Shown here in pieces: positions 33,579 to 43,447 of a DNA stretch of 64,000 nt. The translations under genes and the position numbers were made by a program. The stretch spans positions 416,001 through 480,000 of the forward strand of contig CAVTRY010000023.1 in the NCBI GenBank assembly GCA_963737265.1, in the 5' to 3' direction. The notes beneath the pieces were generated by a model. It had not been told where the DNA came from, did not search any database, and was given only the letters and a program-made list of their open reading frames with translations. The DNA comes from an uncultured delta proteobacterium (GTDB lineage Bacteria > Myxococcota_A > Polyangia > Fen-1088). Numbering within the stretch: the stretch's first letter is position 1; each line of letters starts with the position of its first letter.

Positions 33579-34757
33579 GTGTCCGCCGACGCATCCTCCG
33601 TGGCCGCTATCATCCACCTCGACATGGACGCGTTCTACGCGTCAGTCGAGCAGCGCGATCGGCCCGAGTTGCGCGGCAAGCCCGTCATCGTCGGCGGCCA
33701 CCCGCGCCGGGGCGTGGTTTTGGCGGCGTCCTACGAGGTGCGCCCATTCGGCGTACATTCGGCCATGCCCATGGCGATTGCCCTGCGAAAGGCGCCGCCG
33801 GCCATCGTCGTGGCGCCGCGCATGGATGCCTATGAGGCTGCCAGCGAGCGTATTTTTGCTATCCTCGCCAGCGTCACTCCGCTGGTCGAGCCGCTTTCGC
33901 TCGACGAAGCATTTCTTGACGTGGCGGCGTCGATTCGGCTGTTCGGGCCGCCGGTTCACATAGCGGCCAACCTGCGCGCGCGCATCGCCGCCGAAGTCGG
34001 ACTGCCGTCGTCGGCTGGAATCGCGGCGGTGAAATTCGCGGCCAAGATTGCCTCGGATCTGGCCAAGCCCAACGGTCAGAAGGAAGTACCCGCGGCCGAA
34101 ACGCGTGCCTTCATTGCCCCTCTACCTGTTGCGAAACTGTGGGGAGTCGGCAAGAAGACCGAGGCTATCCTGAAAGATCTCGGTCTGCATTGCGTGGGCG
34201 ATCTGGCGGACTCGGATCCCGACTGGCTTGGTCGCAAGGTCAGCGGCGGCCGCGATCTGTGGAAGCTGGCCCGCGGCATCGATCCGCGCGCCGTGGTCCC
34301 GGACCGCGAAGCCAAGAGCATCGGAGCCGAAGACACCTTCGACGAGGATCTTGCCGGCATCGAGGCGATGTTGCCCCACGTGCACGCGCAAGCCTTGCGC
34401 GTGGGCCGCCGGTTGCGAAGCGCAGAACGAAAGGCCGCGGTGGTACAGCTCAAGGTGAAACTGGCCGACTTCACACTGCTCAGCCGACAAACGACCCTCG
34501 CCGATCCGACCGACGACGGCCAGACCATCTACCAAGCCGCATCCGGCCTTTTGCGGGCCGAAAAGATCGTCGGCAAGGTCCGCCTCACCGGCGTCTCGGC
34601 CCACACCCTGGCCAGCGGCGCCCAGCAACTTTCCCTTTTCGGCTCCGACCGCCGCGTGGAAAAGCTCAACACCACCCTCGACCGGATCGCCGACAAATTC
34701 GGCGACGGCATCGTTACCACCGCCGACCTCGCCCATTCCCCGCCGCGCAGACGGTAG
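33579..34757 (+). CDS. dinB: DNA polymerase IV
   Basis: IIHLDMDAFYASVEQRD, AASYE, SLDEAFLD, AKIASDLAKPNG, LWGVGKKT. Confidence 0.95.
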   Translation: MSADASSVAAIIHLDMDAFYASVEQRDRPELRGKPVIVGGHPRRGVVLAASYEVRPFGVHSAMPMAIALRKAPPAIVVAPRMDAYEAASERIFAILASVTPLVEPLSLDEAFLDVAASIRLFGPPVHIAANLRARIAAEVGLPSSAGIAAVKFAAKIASDLAKPNGQKEVPAAETRAFIAPLPVAKLWGVGKKTEAILKDLGLHCVGDLADSDPDWLGRKVSGGRDLWKLARGIDPRAVVPDREAKSIGAEDTFDEDLAGIEAMLPHVHAQALRVGRRLRSAERKAAVVQLKVKLADFTLLSRQTTLADPTDDGQTIYQAASGLLRAEKIVGKVRLTGVSAHTLASGAQQLSLFGSDRRVEKLNTTLDRIADKFGDGIVTTADLAHSPPRRR

Positions 34758-34767
34758 GATGCGAGCT

Positions 34768-35613
34768 CTACGTCTGCTCCGCCCCTGCTGGGACTCTAGC
34801 TACTTGCTCAGCAGCCGCGCCGCCGAGGAGCGCCTGGGCGTTCTTCCAAAAAAGACTGTTCTCGCGCTCCTCGCCGAGCGCCAGCGCACGCGCTAGCCGC
34901 AGGGTTTCCGCTTGGCTGGTCCAGGGAGAATCCGTGCCGAACAGAATCCGATCCGCGGGATGCGCCATCAGCATGGCACGCGCACGTTCGCGTCCGAGCA
35001 GCTCGATGCTGAGGGAGATGTCCAAGGTGATGGGCTTGCCGAGCAGGTGTTTTTCCACCTCGTCCCAGTCGTCCCACGCGCCCATGTGCGTGGCGACGAG
35101 CTTGAGATCGGGCACGCGATCCATCACACGCAGGATGCGCGCGGGGTCGGCCCTTCGTTCGCGAGCGAAGGCAAAGTCGAAGCCGGTGTGGCAGACCACG
35201 AACAGCCCAAGTTCGTCGAGCGCGCGGTAGAGCGGGAAGAGTCTCTCGTCATCGAGATCGAAGTCTTGGTAATAGGGGTGAAGCTTGATCCCGCGAAAGC
35301 CACCCTCGGCGACTTGGCGAGCCTGCCCAACCGGATCCCGCGCCATCGGGTGAATCGACGGCAGCGGCACGATGCGCGGCGAAGCGATTTCCCCCGACCA
35401 TTTCAGGATGGGCTCGAACTGCTCGGGCTTGGTGGCGATGGAACAGACCACAGATGTTTCGATGCCGGCGCTATCCATCGATGCCAAGAGCGAGGTTACG
35501 CGTCCAGCGTGAAAGGCCTTCACGCCGCCGCCGCGTTCCAGGTGGCCGATGGCCCGCGCGGCCAGAGCATCCGGGAATACGTGGGCGTGAAAATCGACGA
35601 TGGCGTCGTTCAT
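34768..35613 (-). CDS. Amidohydrolase_2 family metal-dependent hydrolase
   Basis: VDFHAHVFP, GIKLHP, HTG, ATHMG, ILFGTDSPW. Confidence 0.88.
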   Translation of the reverse strand: MNDAIVDFHAHVFPDALAARAIGHLERGGGVKAFHAGRVTSLLASMDSAGIETSVVCSIATKPEQFEPILKWSGEIASPRIVPLPSIHPMARDPVGQARQVAEGGFRGIKLHPYYQDFDLDDERLFPLYRALDELGLFVVCHTGFDFAFARERRADPARILRVMDRVPDLKLVATHMGAWDDWDEVEKHLLGKPITLDISLSIELLGRERARAMLMAHPADRILFGTDSPWTSQAETLRLARALALGEERENSLFWKNAQALLGGAAAEQVARVPAGAEQT

Positions 35614-35648
35614 GGCCGCAGCTTCTCGTCAGGCCGCTCGACCGGCCG

Positions 35649-36203
35649 CTAGAATCGGACTTGAATCTCGTAGCGTCGGTTCTTGGCCTTCTTGGCCGGC
35701 GTATTGTCGGGCGTGACGACCGGACGTTCCGATCCCATGCCGATGGAGATGATCTCGCTCTTGGCGATTCCGCGCTTGATGAGCTCGCGCTCGATAACGG
35801 CGGCGCGCTTGCCCGAGAGCTCCTTGTTGTGCTCGGGCTTGCCACTGCTGTCGGTATGTCCCGACACCTCGAACTTGTAGCTGGTAATCCCCGACACCTT
35901 GAGCCTCTGCTTCACCTGCACGAGCGCATCGGACAGCTTCTTGAGCTTGGCATCGCAGCCCGGCGCGAGCTCGTCGCTGTCGCTCTTGAAGCTACATTGA
36001 TTCCTTCGCCCCTCGGCGAGCAGCTTGGCGTTGACTTCTTTCACCGCCTTGTCGCGCGCGGCGTTCCCGGCGCTGCCCGCCGCCTTGCCGGCCAGGCCGC
36101 CGAGATCGAGGGCCACCGCATCGTTGCGCACGCCCATGCACACTAGAACCGTCAGGGTTACCTGCAATGAAAGCAGCCACGTTCGCATCGTCATGTTCCT
36201 CAT
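35649..36203 (-). CDS. OmpA-C-like peptidoglycan-binding periplasmic protein
   Basis: Signal peptide; EVSGHTDSSG..HNKELSGKRA, GMGSERP, KNRRYEI. Confidence 0.88.
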   Translation of the reverse strand: MRNMTMRTWLLSLQVTLTVLVCMGVRNDAVALDLGGLAGKAAGSAGNAARDKAVKEVNAKLLAEGRRNQCSFKSDSDELAPGCDAKLKKLSDALVQVKQRLKVSGITSYKFEVSGHTDSSGKPEHNKELSGKRAAVIERELIKRGIAKSEIISIGMGSERPVVTPDNTPAKKAKNRRYEIQVRF

Positions 36204-36277
36204 GTTTCGAACCTACCTAATTCTTGCAAAGGCAAAGTAGAGCAGGACTGCGACCTCTAGTCCACAGCATTGCCGGG

Positions 36278-37786
36278 TCAGCGAGGCGACGACTCCGCGC
36301 GCTGATAGGCAACGATCTCGGACTGGTTGCAGTCGCAGATGGTCAAGTGTTCGGTCGCGGTTCTGTGCACGGCGCTCCACATCGGATTGCTGCGAATGAA
36401 GGGAACCATCAGGGGAAACCCAACTACGGTACGAATGCGGGACAGCTCGCCCGCCTGTTCCCGATCGCCATGCAAGAAGCGATGGTTGTTGAGGCCGAGC
36501 ATATCGAAGATCCTGCGGTCGCTGAAATAGCGGGCGGCCCCGGCATCCATCACGGCGATCGTCTCGCCAGGCGCGGTGTGGTCGCGCAGCCACCTGCCCA
36601 TGGCGACGTTCAGCTCCTCAATGTTCTGGCAGTTCCAGGCGAACAGGTCGGCGCTTCTGCGCAACGCCGCGGGCAGGCGGGTCAGAGCCGCCAAAACCAA
36701 AATCGCGGCGCAGGCCGCGTAGCCTGGAGCCCAGGCTTGACGGCGCCGCCGCCACGCCCAAGTGGCCGCATGGACGGCGCCTGCCGCGACGGCCAACAGA
36801 ATAAACGGCTGAGCCGGCAGGAGGTAGCGCTGCCAATAGAACGGCCATGGTTCCTTGATGAGTTGCGAGGCTGCCACCGCGAGCAAGTAACCCACGGGGA
36901 AGGCAGCGGTCAGCCCGGCAACGAGGCCACGTCGGCATAGTAGGACGGCCCCGAGCGCCCACAGCGCGAACCCCGTCCCGCGCGCGAACCAGGGGAACGA
37001 AGGAATCACCTCGGCGAAGATGACGACCAGATTGTGGGTGAAGAGCTCGTGGTGGCTGGCGAACTTCGCATAGAACGTGTTTGGCAAGGGGTAGCCAGAG
37101 ACCAGCAGACAGAAGAGAATCCAGCCACCCACGAGCAGAAACGTGGGCACCACGACGAGTACCCGAGTACCCACGGAAGCGTGCAGCCGATGCATCCGCC
37201 ACTGCACCACCGCCAGAACCATCAAGGTCAGCAGCGCCAACTCGGGTCGGGCCAAAGGTGCAAGCGCCGCAGCGAGCGCGGCTAGGCGATAGCGTTCGCC
37301 GGCAAGCTCGCCGAGCGCCCACAGCGCAAGCGCGCAGGCCAGCAACACTTCCATGCCGGACAGACTGGCGAAGGCCAGCGCGGGATCGAGCGCGCAGGCG
37401 AGTCCCGCGGCGAGCTCGACCGCCAGGGAAAATCCCAAGCGAGACGCCAGGCGCGCAGCGGCCAGGCTGGTCCCCAGCGCCGCCGCCAGTCCCACAACCT
37501 TTGCCGGCACCACCACGCTGATTCCGAACAGGCGCGCGGCCCAGCTCGCGGGCACGAGCAGCACCGCCCACAGCGGGCTGGTCGAGCCGGTCTCGAGCTC
37601 TCCCGCGTTGTAAGCAAACCCGTGTAGCCCGGCCAGGCTGCGCGCATACACCATGTGTATCCAGGCGTCGTCGAGCGGGAAACCGACAAGAGCCGCCGCC
37701 GTGCCGGGCGCGCGATCGACCAAAAACAACACTGCGACCGCCACGTGCGCGGCCAAGAATATGAGCGATAACTTCACGAGAGACAT
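36278..37786 (-). CDS. Polytopic membrane protein, GT-C (ArnT/PMT-like) glycosyltransferase-like
   Basis: [13 protein letters not shown]...[31 protein letters not shown]; ATG at 37786 (the ORF-track extension comes from the upstream cassette). Confidence 0.75.
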   Translation of the reverse strand: MSLVKLSLIFLAAHVAVAVLFLVDRAPGTAAALVGFPLDDAWIHMVYARSLAGLHGFAYNAGELETGSTSPLWAVLLVPASWAARLFGISVVVPAKVVGLAAALGTSLAAARLASRLGFSLAVELAAGLACALDPALAFASLSGMEVLLACALALWALGELAGERYRLAALAAALAPLARPELALLTLMVLAVVQWRMHRLHASVGTRVLVVVPTFLLVGGWILFCLLVSGYPLPNTFYAKFASHHELFTHNLVVIFAEVIPSFPWFARGTGFALWALGAVLLCRRGLVAGLTAAFPVGYLLAVAASQLIKEPWPFYWQRYLLPAQPFILLAVAAGAVHAATWAWRRRRQAWAPGYAACAAILVLAALTRLPAALRRSADLFAWNCQNIEELNVAMGRWLRDHTAPGETIAVMDAGAARYFSDRRIFDMLGLNNHRFLHGDREQAGELSRIRTVVGFPLMVPFIRSNPMWSAVHRTATEHLTICDCNQSEIVAYQRAESSPR

Positions 37787-37859
37787 TCGCGGTTCCCAGC
37801 CTGGCGGTGGGAAAGTTTCTATCACAGACGATCCGTCCAGTCTGCCCCGCCGAGTCCTC

Positions 37860-38439
37860 GGGTGCTTCCCTGAAATGGGGGCTGGGGCTTCACCTCGCCC
37901 CGCGCAGGTGGGATCGGAGGGAAAAACAGGGAGGAACGGAGGACCAGAGGGATCACGGGTTGGGTTGACGAGGCGGCGGAGACCCTCGCGAAGTACGGGG
38001 ACGTGGAAATTGACGAGCAGGCCCACCGGCAGTCGTAGGAGCTTGGGATAGGTAATGACCTGTGCCAAGTGGGACAGGAAGCAACTGCTCTACCGTCTTG
38101 ACTTCGACGACCAAACGGCCTTCCACCATGAGGTCGAGGCGATAGCCGCAGTCGAGGTCAATGCCTTTGTACTGCAGAGGAATCGCGACCTGACGTTGCG
38201 TGCGAAATCCACGCAGGCCTAGCTCGCGCGCCAGGCAGTGCTCGTAGGCCGACTCAAGCAGCCCGGGACCGAGGTGACGGTGGACTTCGATGCAGGCGGC
38301 GATAATTTGCCCAGTAAAGTCATCCTGTCTCTGTTTCTCCGTTCCTCGCTGTTCCATATCTGCGTTTTCGGCGGCACTCCGCCAGAAGTTGCTACCTCAC
38401 CGAGCCCCCGGCTGGGGCCCCCGTTTCAGGGAGGCACCC
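37860..38439 (-). mobile_element. Non-autonomous TIR cassette (580 bp) carrying a GxxExxY gene, copy 1
   Basis: 23-bp TIRs 37860-37882 and 38417-38439 (21/23 match); perfect 9-bp flanking duplication CGAGTCCTC at 37851-37859 and 38440-38448; second copy at 60702-61270. Confidence 0.85.
37960..38357 (-). pseudogene. GxxExxY (PD-(D/E)XK-like) protein, frameshifted near 38070
   Basis: IIAACIEVHRHLGPGLLESAYEHCL, YRLDLMVEGRLVVEVK, then in another frame [17 protein letters not shown]...GLRRLVN. Confidence 0.85.
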
Positions 38440-38491
38440 CGAGTCCTCGGCCAGCTGTCGAGGACAACCCGCCAAGGAGACGTCGAGCGGT

Positions 38492-39367
38492 TCAGAAGCC
38501 GCCAGCGGGCGGCACACACGTCGCGTTGTAGGCACCCCACCAGTAGATGACGGCGGAGATGTTAGTCCCCGCGCTCGCTTGGAACACGTAGTAGCCATTC
38601 GCCGGCGCGGTGATGGCACCGCCGCACTTGACGGCCATGCCGTTGACCGTGATCGTGCGTCCGTCAAAATTGGCGCAATCCCAACCCTGGATCGCATCGC
38701 AGGTGACGACGCAGAATGCCGCTGTGCTGTTTGCCTGCGGAGAATGACCCTCCGTACCGCTCGACGGTGCCGTACCCGACACGATCGTGCACGTGGTAGC
38801 CCCGGTCTCGCCGGCAGCCACGTCGAGGCCCGCATCCAAACTCACTTCCGGGCCAATGTCCGGCCAGATGTCCGGCCAGATGTCCGGCCAGATGTCCGGC
38901 CCAACGTCGAGGCCATTCGCGCGGTCGGGTGGCAGATCCGGCCCCACCTCCACGAGCGGCCCCGCCACGTCTTTTCCAGCATCGGCATCGATCCGAACAT
39001 CGGCGTCGATGGGACCGTCCTTGACCACCGCCGCGTCGCCATCGGCGCCTGGGCCGTCCGGCACGATCGTGGCATCTGGACCGTCGGGATTGACAGGAGG
39101 GCCATCATCTCCGCGGGCAAGATCGGGGCTGGAATTCGCGTCCGGGTTGGAATTGGCGGCATCGGGGCCAGGCTCCGGTCCTGGATTGTCGAAACAGGTC
39201 GCCGAGCCGCTGGAGCAGTTCCGAACGACGCTTCCCGGCTTGTTCAGGTTCACACATCCCACAAGAAGCAGCCCGGAGAGCAGTGAAGCTTGAAGAGAGC
39301 CTGAAAGAGAACCTGAAAAAATAGCACGAATACGAAATATTGCCGAGAGCCAAGGTCGCGGGTTCAT
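38492..39367 (-). CDS. Lipoprotein with Asp/Pro-rich linker and small Cys-containing C-terminal domain
   Basis: LLLVGC lipobox; low-complexity D/P linker including tandem PDIW repeats. Confidence 0.7.
   Translation of the reverse strand: MNPRPWLSAIFRIRAIFSGSLSGSLQASLLSGLLLVGCVNLNKPGSVVRNCSSGSATCFDNPGPEPGPDAANSNPDANSSPDLARGDDGPPVNPDGPDATIVPDGPGADGDAAVVKDGPIDADVRIDADAGKDVAGPLVEVGPDLPPDRANGLDVGPDIWPDIWPDIWPDIGPEVSLDAGLDVAAGETGATTCTIVSGTAPSSGTEGHSPQANSTAAFCVVTCDAIQGWDCANFDGRTITVNGMAVKCGGAITAPANGYYVFQASAGTNISAVIYWWGAYNATCVPPAGGF
38868..38900. repeat. 12-bp in-frame tandem repeat (TGTCCGGCCAGA) encoding PDIW
   Basis: tgtccggccaga tgtccggccaga tgtccggccaga tgtccggcc. Confidence 0.85.
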
Positions 39368-39578
39368 CTAGCTCTATTTTCGGACGAATGGCTCGATTTG
39401 TGAAGACCCGCTGTGTTGTTTTCCGAACTCTCACATTGCGCACACGTGCTCGGAGTCACACCGTAGCCCTTTGCCGTCACCCAACATTGCACCGCAGCGC
39501 GCCCTGTCGGATCTGTCGGATCCGCTGACGTGCAGTTCCAAACAACTTCTGATAGGCTCATGGTGTATAGGGTGCGCC

Positions 39579-41111
39579 GTGATCGGAAAGCATATCAATA
39601 ACTACGAGGTCGTCTCTCTTCTGGGCGAAGGCGGGATGGGGACGGTGTATCTGGCGGTGCATCCGATCATGGGGCGCAAGGCCGCCATCAAGGTGCTGAA
39701 GCCAGAGCTGGCGCGCGACGAATCGCTGGTCTCGCGCTTCTTCAACGAGGCACGCGCGGCCAACGCCATCCGCCACCCCAACATCATCGACATCATCGAC
39801 GTGGGCTTGTTGCCCGACGAGAACGTTCCGTACATGTTGATGGAGTTTCTCGAGGGCGAAAGCCTGGCGAGCCGACTCGAGCGCGTGCGACCGCTCGCCG
39901 TGGACAGCGCCGTCGAAATCGCGTGCCAAACGGCGTCGGCGCTGGCGGCGGCGCACAGCCAGGGCATCGTCCATCGCGATCTCAAGCCGGACAATCTTTT
40001 CCTCGTGCCGGACGAAATGGTCCACACCGGCGAGCGCGTGAAGGTGCTGGACTTCGGCATCGCCAAGCTGCGCGACGACATGCGCGGCAGCTCGATGAAA
40101 ACCCGAACCGGCGCCATCATGGGCACGGCGTCGTACATGTCGCCCGAGCAATGCCAGGGCCTCATCGAAAAAATCGACAGTCGCACCGACGTCTACGCGC
40201 TCGGGATCATCCTTTACGAAATGCTGTGCGGGGCTCCCCCGTTCGTCAGCGAAGGCTTTGGCGACATCATCATCATGCATGTGATGCGCGAGCCGGAACC
40301 TCCGCAGCGAAGAAACCCGGCGATCCCCGACGCCGTTGCGGCTGCGATTCTGCGCGCACTGGCCAAAGATCCCGACCATCGGTTTGCGACGATGGTTGAC
40401 TTTCAGACCGCGCTGCGCGGACACGGCGTTGCCCACGGAACGCCAGTCCGCGGCGTGCCGGCGGTTGGAACCACGGCGATCCTCGACCAACAGCCATCGA
40501 GCACCGAGCGCCAGCCCTGGCTGGGATTCGATGTAACGATGGCCACGCCTCCGCCGGTGTTGGTATCGGCGGGAACCCGCCCACCTTCCAAGGCACCTTC
40601 GCGACCGCCTTCGCACGTGCCGACGGTGGTCGAGCCAACCGCGAACGTCAAGCAGTCCACGACGACCTTTCGCACCGCCACCGGTGAAGTCTCCGACACC
40701 GACATGCTCATGCCAGGCAAGAGCCGGACCAAGATCGCGGTGATCGGCGGCGCCGGGCTAGTGGCAGTCGGCGTTGCCGCCACCATCTTTTTCACTCGCC
40801 CGTCGCCTAGCAAAGAGGTTCCGGCCGGACCGACAGCGACCGTACCGGCACCCGAGCCAGAACCCGCCAAGCTTGCGATTCCGACCGCGCCCGAGCCCGA
40901 GCGCTCGCATGGGTTTGAACCGCCACCCGATCCCGCGCCCCAGCCAACCCACGCGTTCGTGCCGCCGCCACCGCCGCCGCCCGCGGAAGAGTCGAAGCAC
41001 CACAAGAAGGGTGTTGCAGCCAAGGCGAAGAAAGGCGGCACCGCGCCCGAAGCGCCCGAGCCGCCGCCAAGCCCAGAATCGGCATCGAAGAAAGACAGCG
41101 AACGATGGTAG
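39579..41111 (+). CDS. Transmembrane Hanks-type Ser/Thr protein kinase with Pro-rich extracytoplasmic tail
   Basis: GEGGMGTVY, HRDLKPDN, DFG, YMSPEQ; TM helix; GTG start 39579 by homology to the kinase at 7718. Confidence 0.93.
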   Translation: MIGKHINNYEVVSLLGEGGMGTVYLAVHPIMGRKAAIKVLKPELARDESLVSRFFNEARAANAIRHPNIIDIIDVGLLPDENVPYMLMEFLEGESLASRLERVRPLAVDSAVEIACQTASALAAAHSQGIVHRDLKPDNLFLVPDEMVHTGERVKVLDFGIAKLRDDMRGSSMKTRTGAIMGTASYMSPEQCQGLIEKIDSRTDVYALGIILYEMLCGAPPFVSEGFGDIIIMHVMREPEPPQRRNPAIPDAVAAAILRALAKDPDHRFATMVDFQTALRGHGVAHGTPVRGVPAVGTTAILDQQPSSTERQPWLGFDVTMATPPPVLVSAGTRPPSKAPSRPPSHVPTVVEPTANVKQSTTTFRTATGEVSDTDMLMPGKSRTKIAVIGGAGLVAVGVAATIFFTRPSPSKEVPAGPTATVPAPEPEPAKLAIPTAPEPERSHGFEPPPDPAPQPTHAFVPPPPPPPAEESKHHKKGVAAKAKKGGTAPEAPEPPPSPESASKKDSERW

Positions 41112-41126
41112 GCGCGCGCAGCAGGG

Positions 41127-41768
41127 TCAGGTAGGCAGCCCATCGAAAAAGTGGACACGGCCGGTCTCGATTTCGTATTCCGCCCCGACTACGGAAACCC
41201 GACCCGCGAGCACCAGTTCCTCGAGCAAGCGACTGCCATGGCGCAGATGATCGGCTGACGCGCGCACATTGACCCGCATCAGCTCGCGCAACAACGCCGG
41301 TTCCAGCGCGTCGGTGCTCGACCGCACCAGGGGCTCGATGTGCGGAGCGATGCGGTCGGTAATCGAACGGATATTCCTCGACTCGGGCCCGTTTCCAGTC
41401 AGCAGGGCATTCACCGTTGCCGCCACGGCGCCGCACCGAGTGTGACCGAGAACGACGACCAGGCGCGTACCAAACTGCGAGGCCGCGAACTCGATCGATC
41501 CCACCACCGATGGCGCGACGACATTCCCGGCGATCCTGACCACGAAGAGATCGCCGAAGCCTTCGTCGAACAGGATCTCGACCGGCGTGCGAGAATCCGA
41601 ACATCCGAGCACGATGGCGAACGGTCGCTGCGGCCGTAGGGCAAGCTCCGCCCTAAAGGTGCGCGCCGCAAGGACGGCGCCATTTTGCAAGAATCGCTCG
41701 TTTCCCTGCATCAGACGCTGCAGAGCCGCTGACGGTGAAAGGGATGTGGGATCCCAGGTGTTTGGCAT
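41127..41768 (-). CDS. Beta-class carbonic anhydrase
   Basis: LMQGNERF, CSDSR, GDLFVVRIAGN, VLGHTRCGAV. Confidence 0.93.
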   Translation of the reverse strand: MPNTWDPTSLSPSAALQRLMQGNERFLQNGAVLAARTFRAELALRPQRPFAIVLGCSDSRTPVEILFDEGFGDLFVVRIAGNVVAPSVVGSIEFAASQFGTRLVVVLGHTRCGAVAATVNALLTGNGPESRNIRSITDRIAPHIEPLVRSSTDALEPALLRELMRVNVRASADHLRHGSRLLEELVLAGRVSVVGAEYEIETGRVHFFDGLPT

Positions 41769-41878
41769 CCCAATTCCATAGCGCCGCCGGACCCAAAGTC
41801 GAGCAAGAGCTGCGAGCCCGGCGAACGGCGAACTTTTAGCTTCGCGCGCGACTCCCCTTACGGCAGGATTCGCCGCAC

Positions 41879-43447
41879 ATGTCATCGGCCGTACCATTCA
41901 AGCAGGCACCTCTGGCGAGGCCGCTGCGGCCGATCCGGCCGTGGGCGTTTCTGCTCATTGCCCTAGTCTACCTCTACGCTTTTCCCTATTTCGATGCTCT
42001 TCGCAGCGCCGCCGAGATCCCGCGCATCCTGACCACGCAGGAGTTGGTGGACCATGGCCACATGTGGCTGGACAAGCGCCTCGGAGACATGGGGTCGCGC
42101 AACGATCTGTCGAGCGCGCCCAATGGCCACAAGTACGCCAACAAACCGCCGGGGCCTTCCTTTCTGGCGGTGCCGGCCTACCTTTTGTGTAAACTGGTCC
42201 ACGCCACGTCCATGCGTGCTTGCAGCTGGGCCTTTCGCTTTGGCGCCGCCATCCTTCCGGCGCTGATCTTCCTGCCGTTTTTCTACCGATTCGCGCGCCG
42301 GTTCTCGCCCGACGAGACGGCTCGTCGAACGGTGCTGCTCGCCTACGCCGTCGGCTCGCCAGCGTTGATCTACGGCATCCTGTTCATGTCGCACCAACTA
42401 TCTGCCGTGCTCGCCGGCGCTTCGTTCATCGCCGCCGTCGTCGTGGCACGCGACGAAACCTGGCATCCCAGGCGCGACGCCGCGCTGGCGGGATTCCTTG
42501 CCTCCCTGGCGCTGATGATGGACTACCAGTCCTTGATCGCCACGTCGTTCGTCGCGCTTTACCTCGGGCTGCGGGCCGCGCGCAAGATTCAAGCGCTGTT
42601 GTTCGCCGCTGCTGGCGCGTTTCCGCCGTTCTTCATCCTGATGCTGTATCACGTACGCGCGTTCGGCTCGCCGTGGAAGACTGGGTACAGCTTCGCCGAC
42701 GATCCCAACCCCAGAAATTCCTTCGGCGGCATGGTCGGGCTCAGTGCCAAGTCCTTCTGGAATGTGTCGTTCCTGCCGTCGAACGGCCTCTTCGTGCTGG
42801 CGCCGTGGACCTTGCTGGCCCTGGTGGGCTTCGTGGCACTTTGGACCAATCGCGACGCGCGCAAGCGCGTGGGTGCCGAGGCGCTGGTGTGCTTGGCGAT
42901 TTTCGTCGCCTATTTCGTCTTCTTGAGCTCCCTTGGGCCGTACATGTCGCGCGGCGGTTGGTGCGTGGGGCCGCGCTACATGACCACGGCCCTGCCCTTC
43001 GTCGCGTGGCTAGCCACCGCCGGGTTCGCGGCTGCCGACCGCACGGCGGTCACGCGTGCACTGGCGCAGGCCGCGGTTTGGGTCTCGGCCACGATCTTCG
43101 TCGTGGCCGCCGCGACCTATCCTCACTGGCCCGATCCCTTGGCCAATCCACTTTACGAGCTCAGCTTCCGTCTCCTGCGCGACGGGTATGCGGTGCACTC
43201 GCTCGGCACGCTTGTCGGTCTACGGGGATTCCTCGCCGCTGCGCCGCTCTTCCTGCTGGTGGGCGCTCTCCTGCTGTGGATGCTGACCGGCCGCGGCTGG
43301 CGGCGACTTGTGACCAGCCTAGCCGCCTGCGTGTTGGCCGTCGCCATCATCGCCAGCTACCGAGCTTTTCCTCGCAGCGGCGCCTACGCCGAGCGCGCCT
43401 ACGGTTTTGTCACGTCGACCTGGGAACCCAAGCGAGTCGGTCGCTGA
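41879..43447 (+). CDS. Polytopic membrane protein, GT-C-like
   Basis: More than 10 hydrophobic segments; YANKPPGPSFLAVP; GG.CVGPRY. Confidence 0.65.
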   Translation: MSSAVPFKQAPLARPLRPIRPWAFLLIALVYLYAFPYFDALRSAAEIPRILTTQELVDHGHMWLDKRLGDMGSRNDLSSAPNGHKYANKPPGPSFLAVPAYLLCKLVHATSMRACSWAFRFGAAILPALIFLPFFYRFARRFSPDETARRTVLLAYAVGSPALIYGILFMSHQLSAVLAGASFIAAVVVARDETWHPRRDAALAGFLASLALMMDYQSLIATSFVALYLGLRAARKIQALLFAAAGAFPPFFILMLYHVRAFGSPWKTGYSFADDPNPRNSFGGMVGLSAKSFWNVSFLPSNGLFVLAPWTLLALVGFVALWTNRDARKRVGAEALVCLAIFVAYFVFLSSLGPYMSRGGWCVGPRYMTTALPFVAWLATAGFAAADRTAVTRALAQAAVWVSATIFVVAAATYPHWPDPLANPLYELSFRLLRDGYAVHSLGTLVGLRGFLAAAPLFLLVGALLLWMLTGRGWRRLVTSLAACVLAVAIIASYRAFPRSGAYAERAYGFVTSTWEPKRVGR

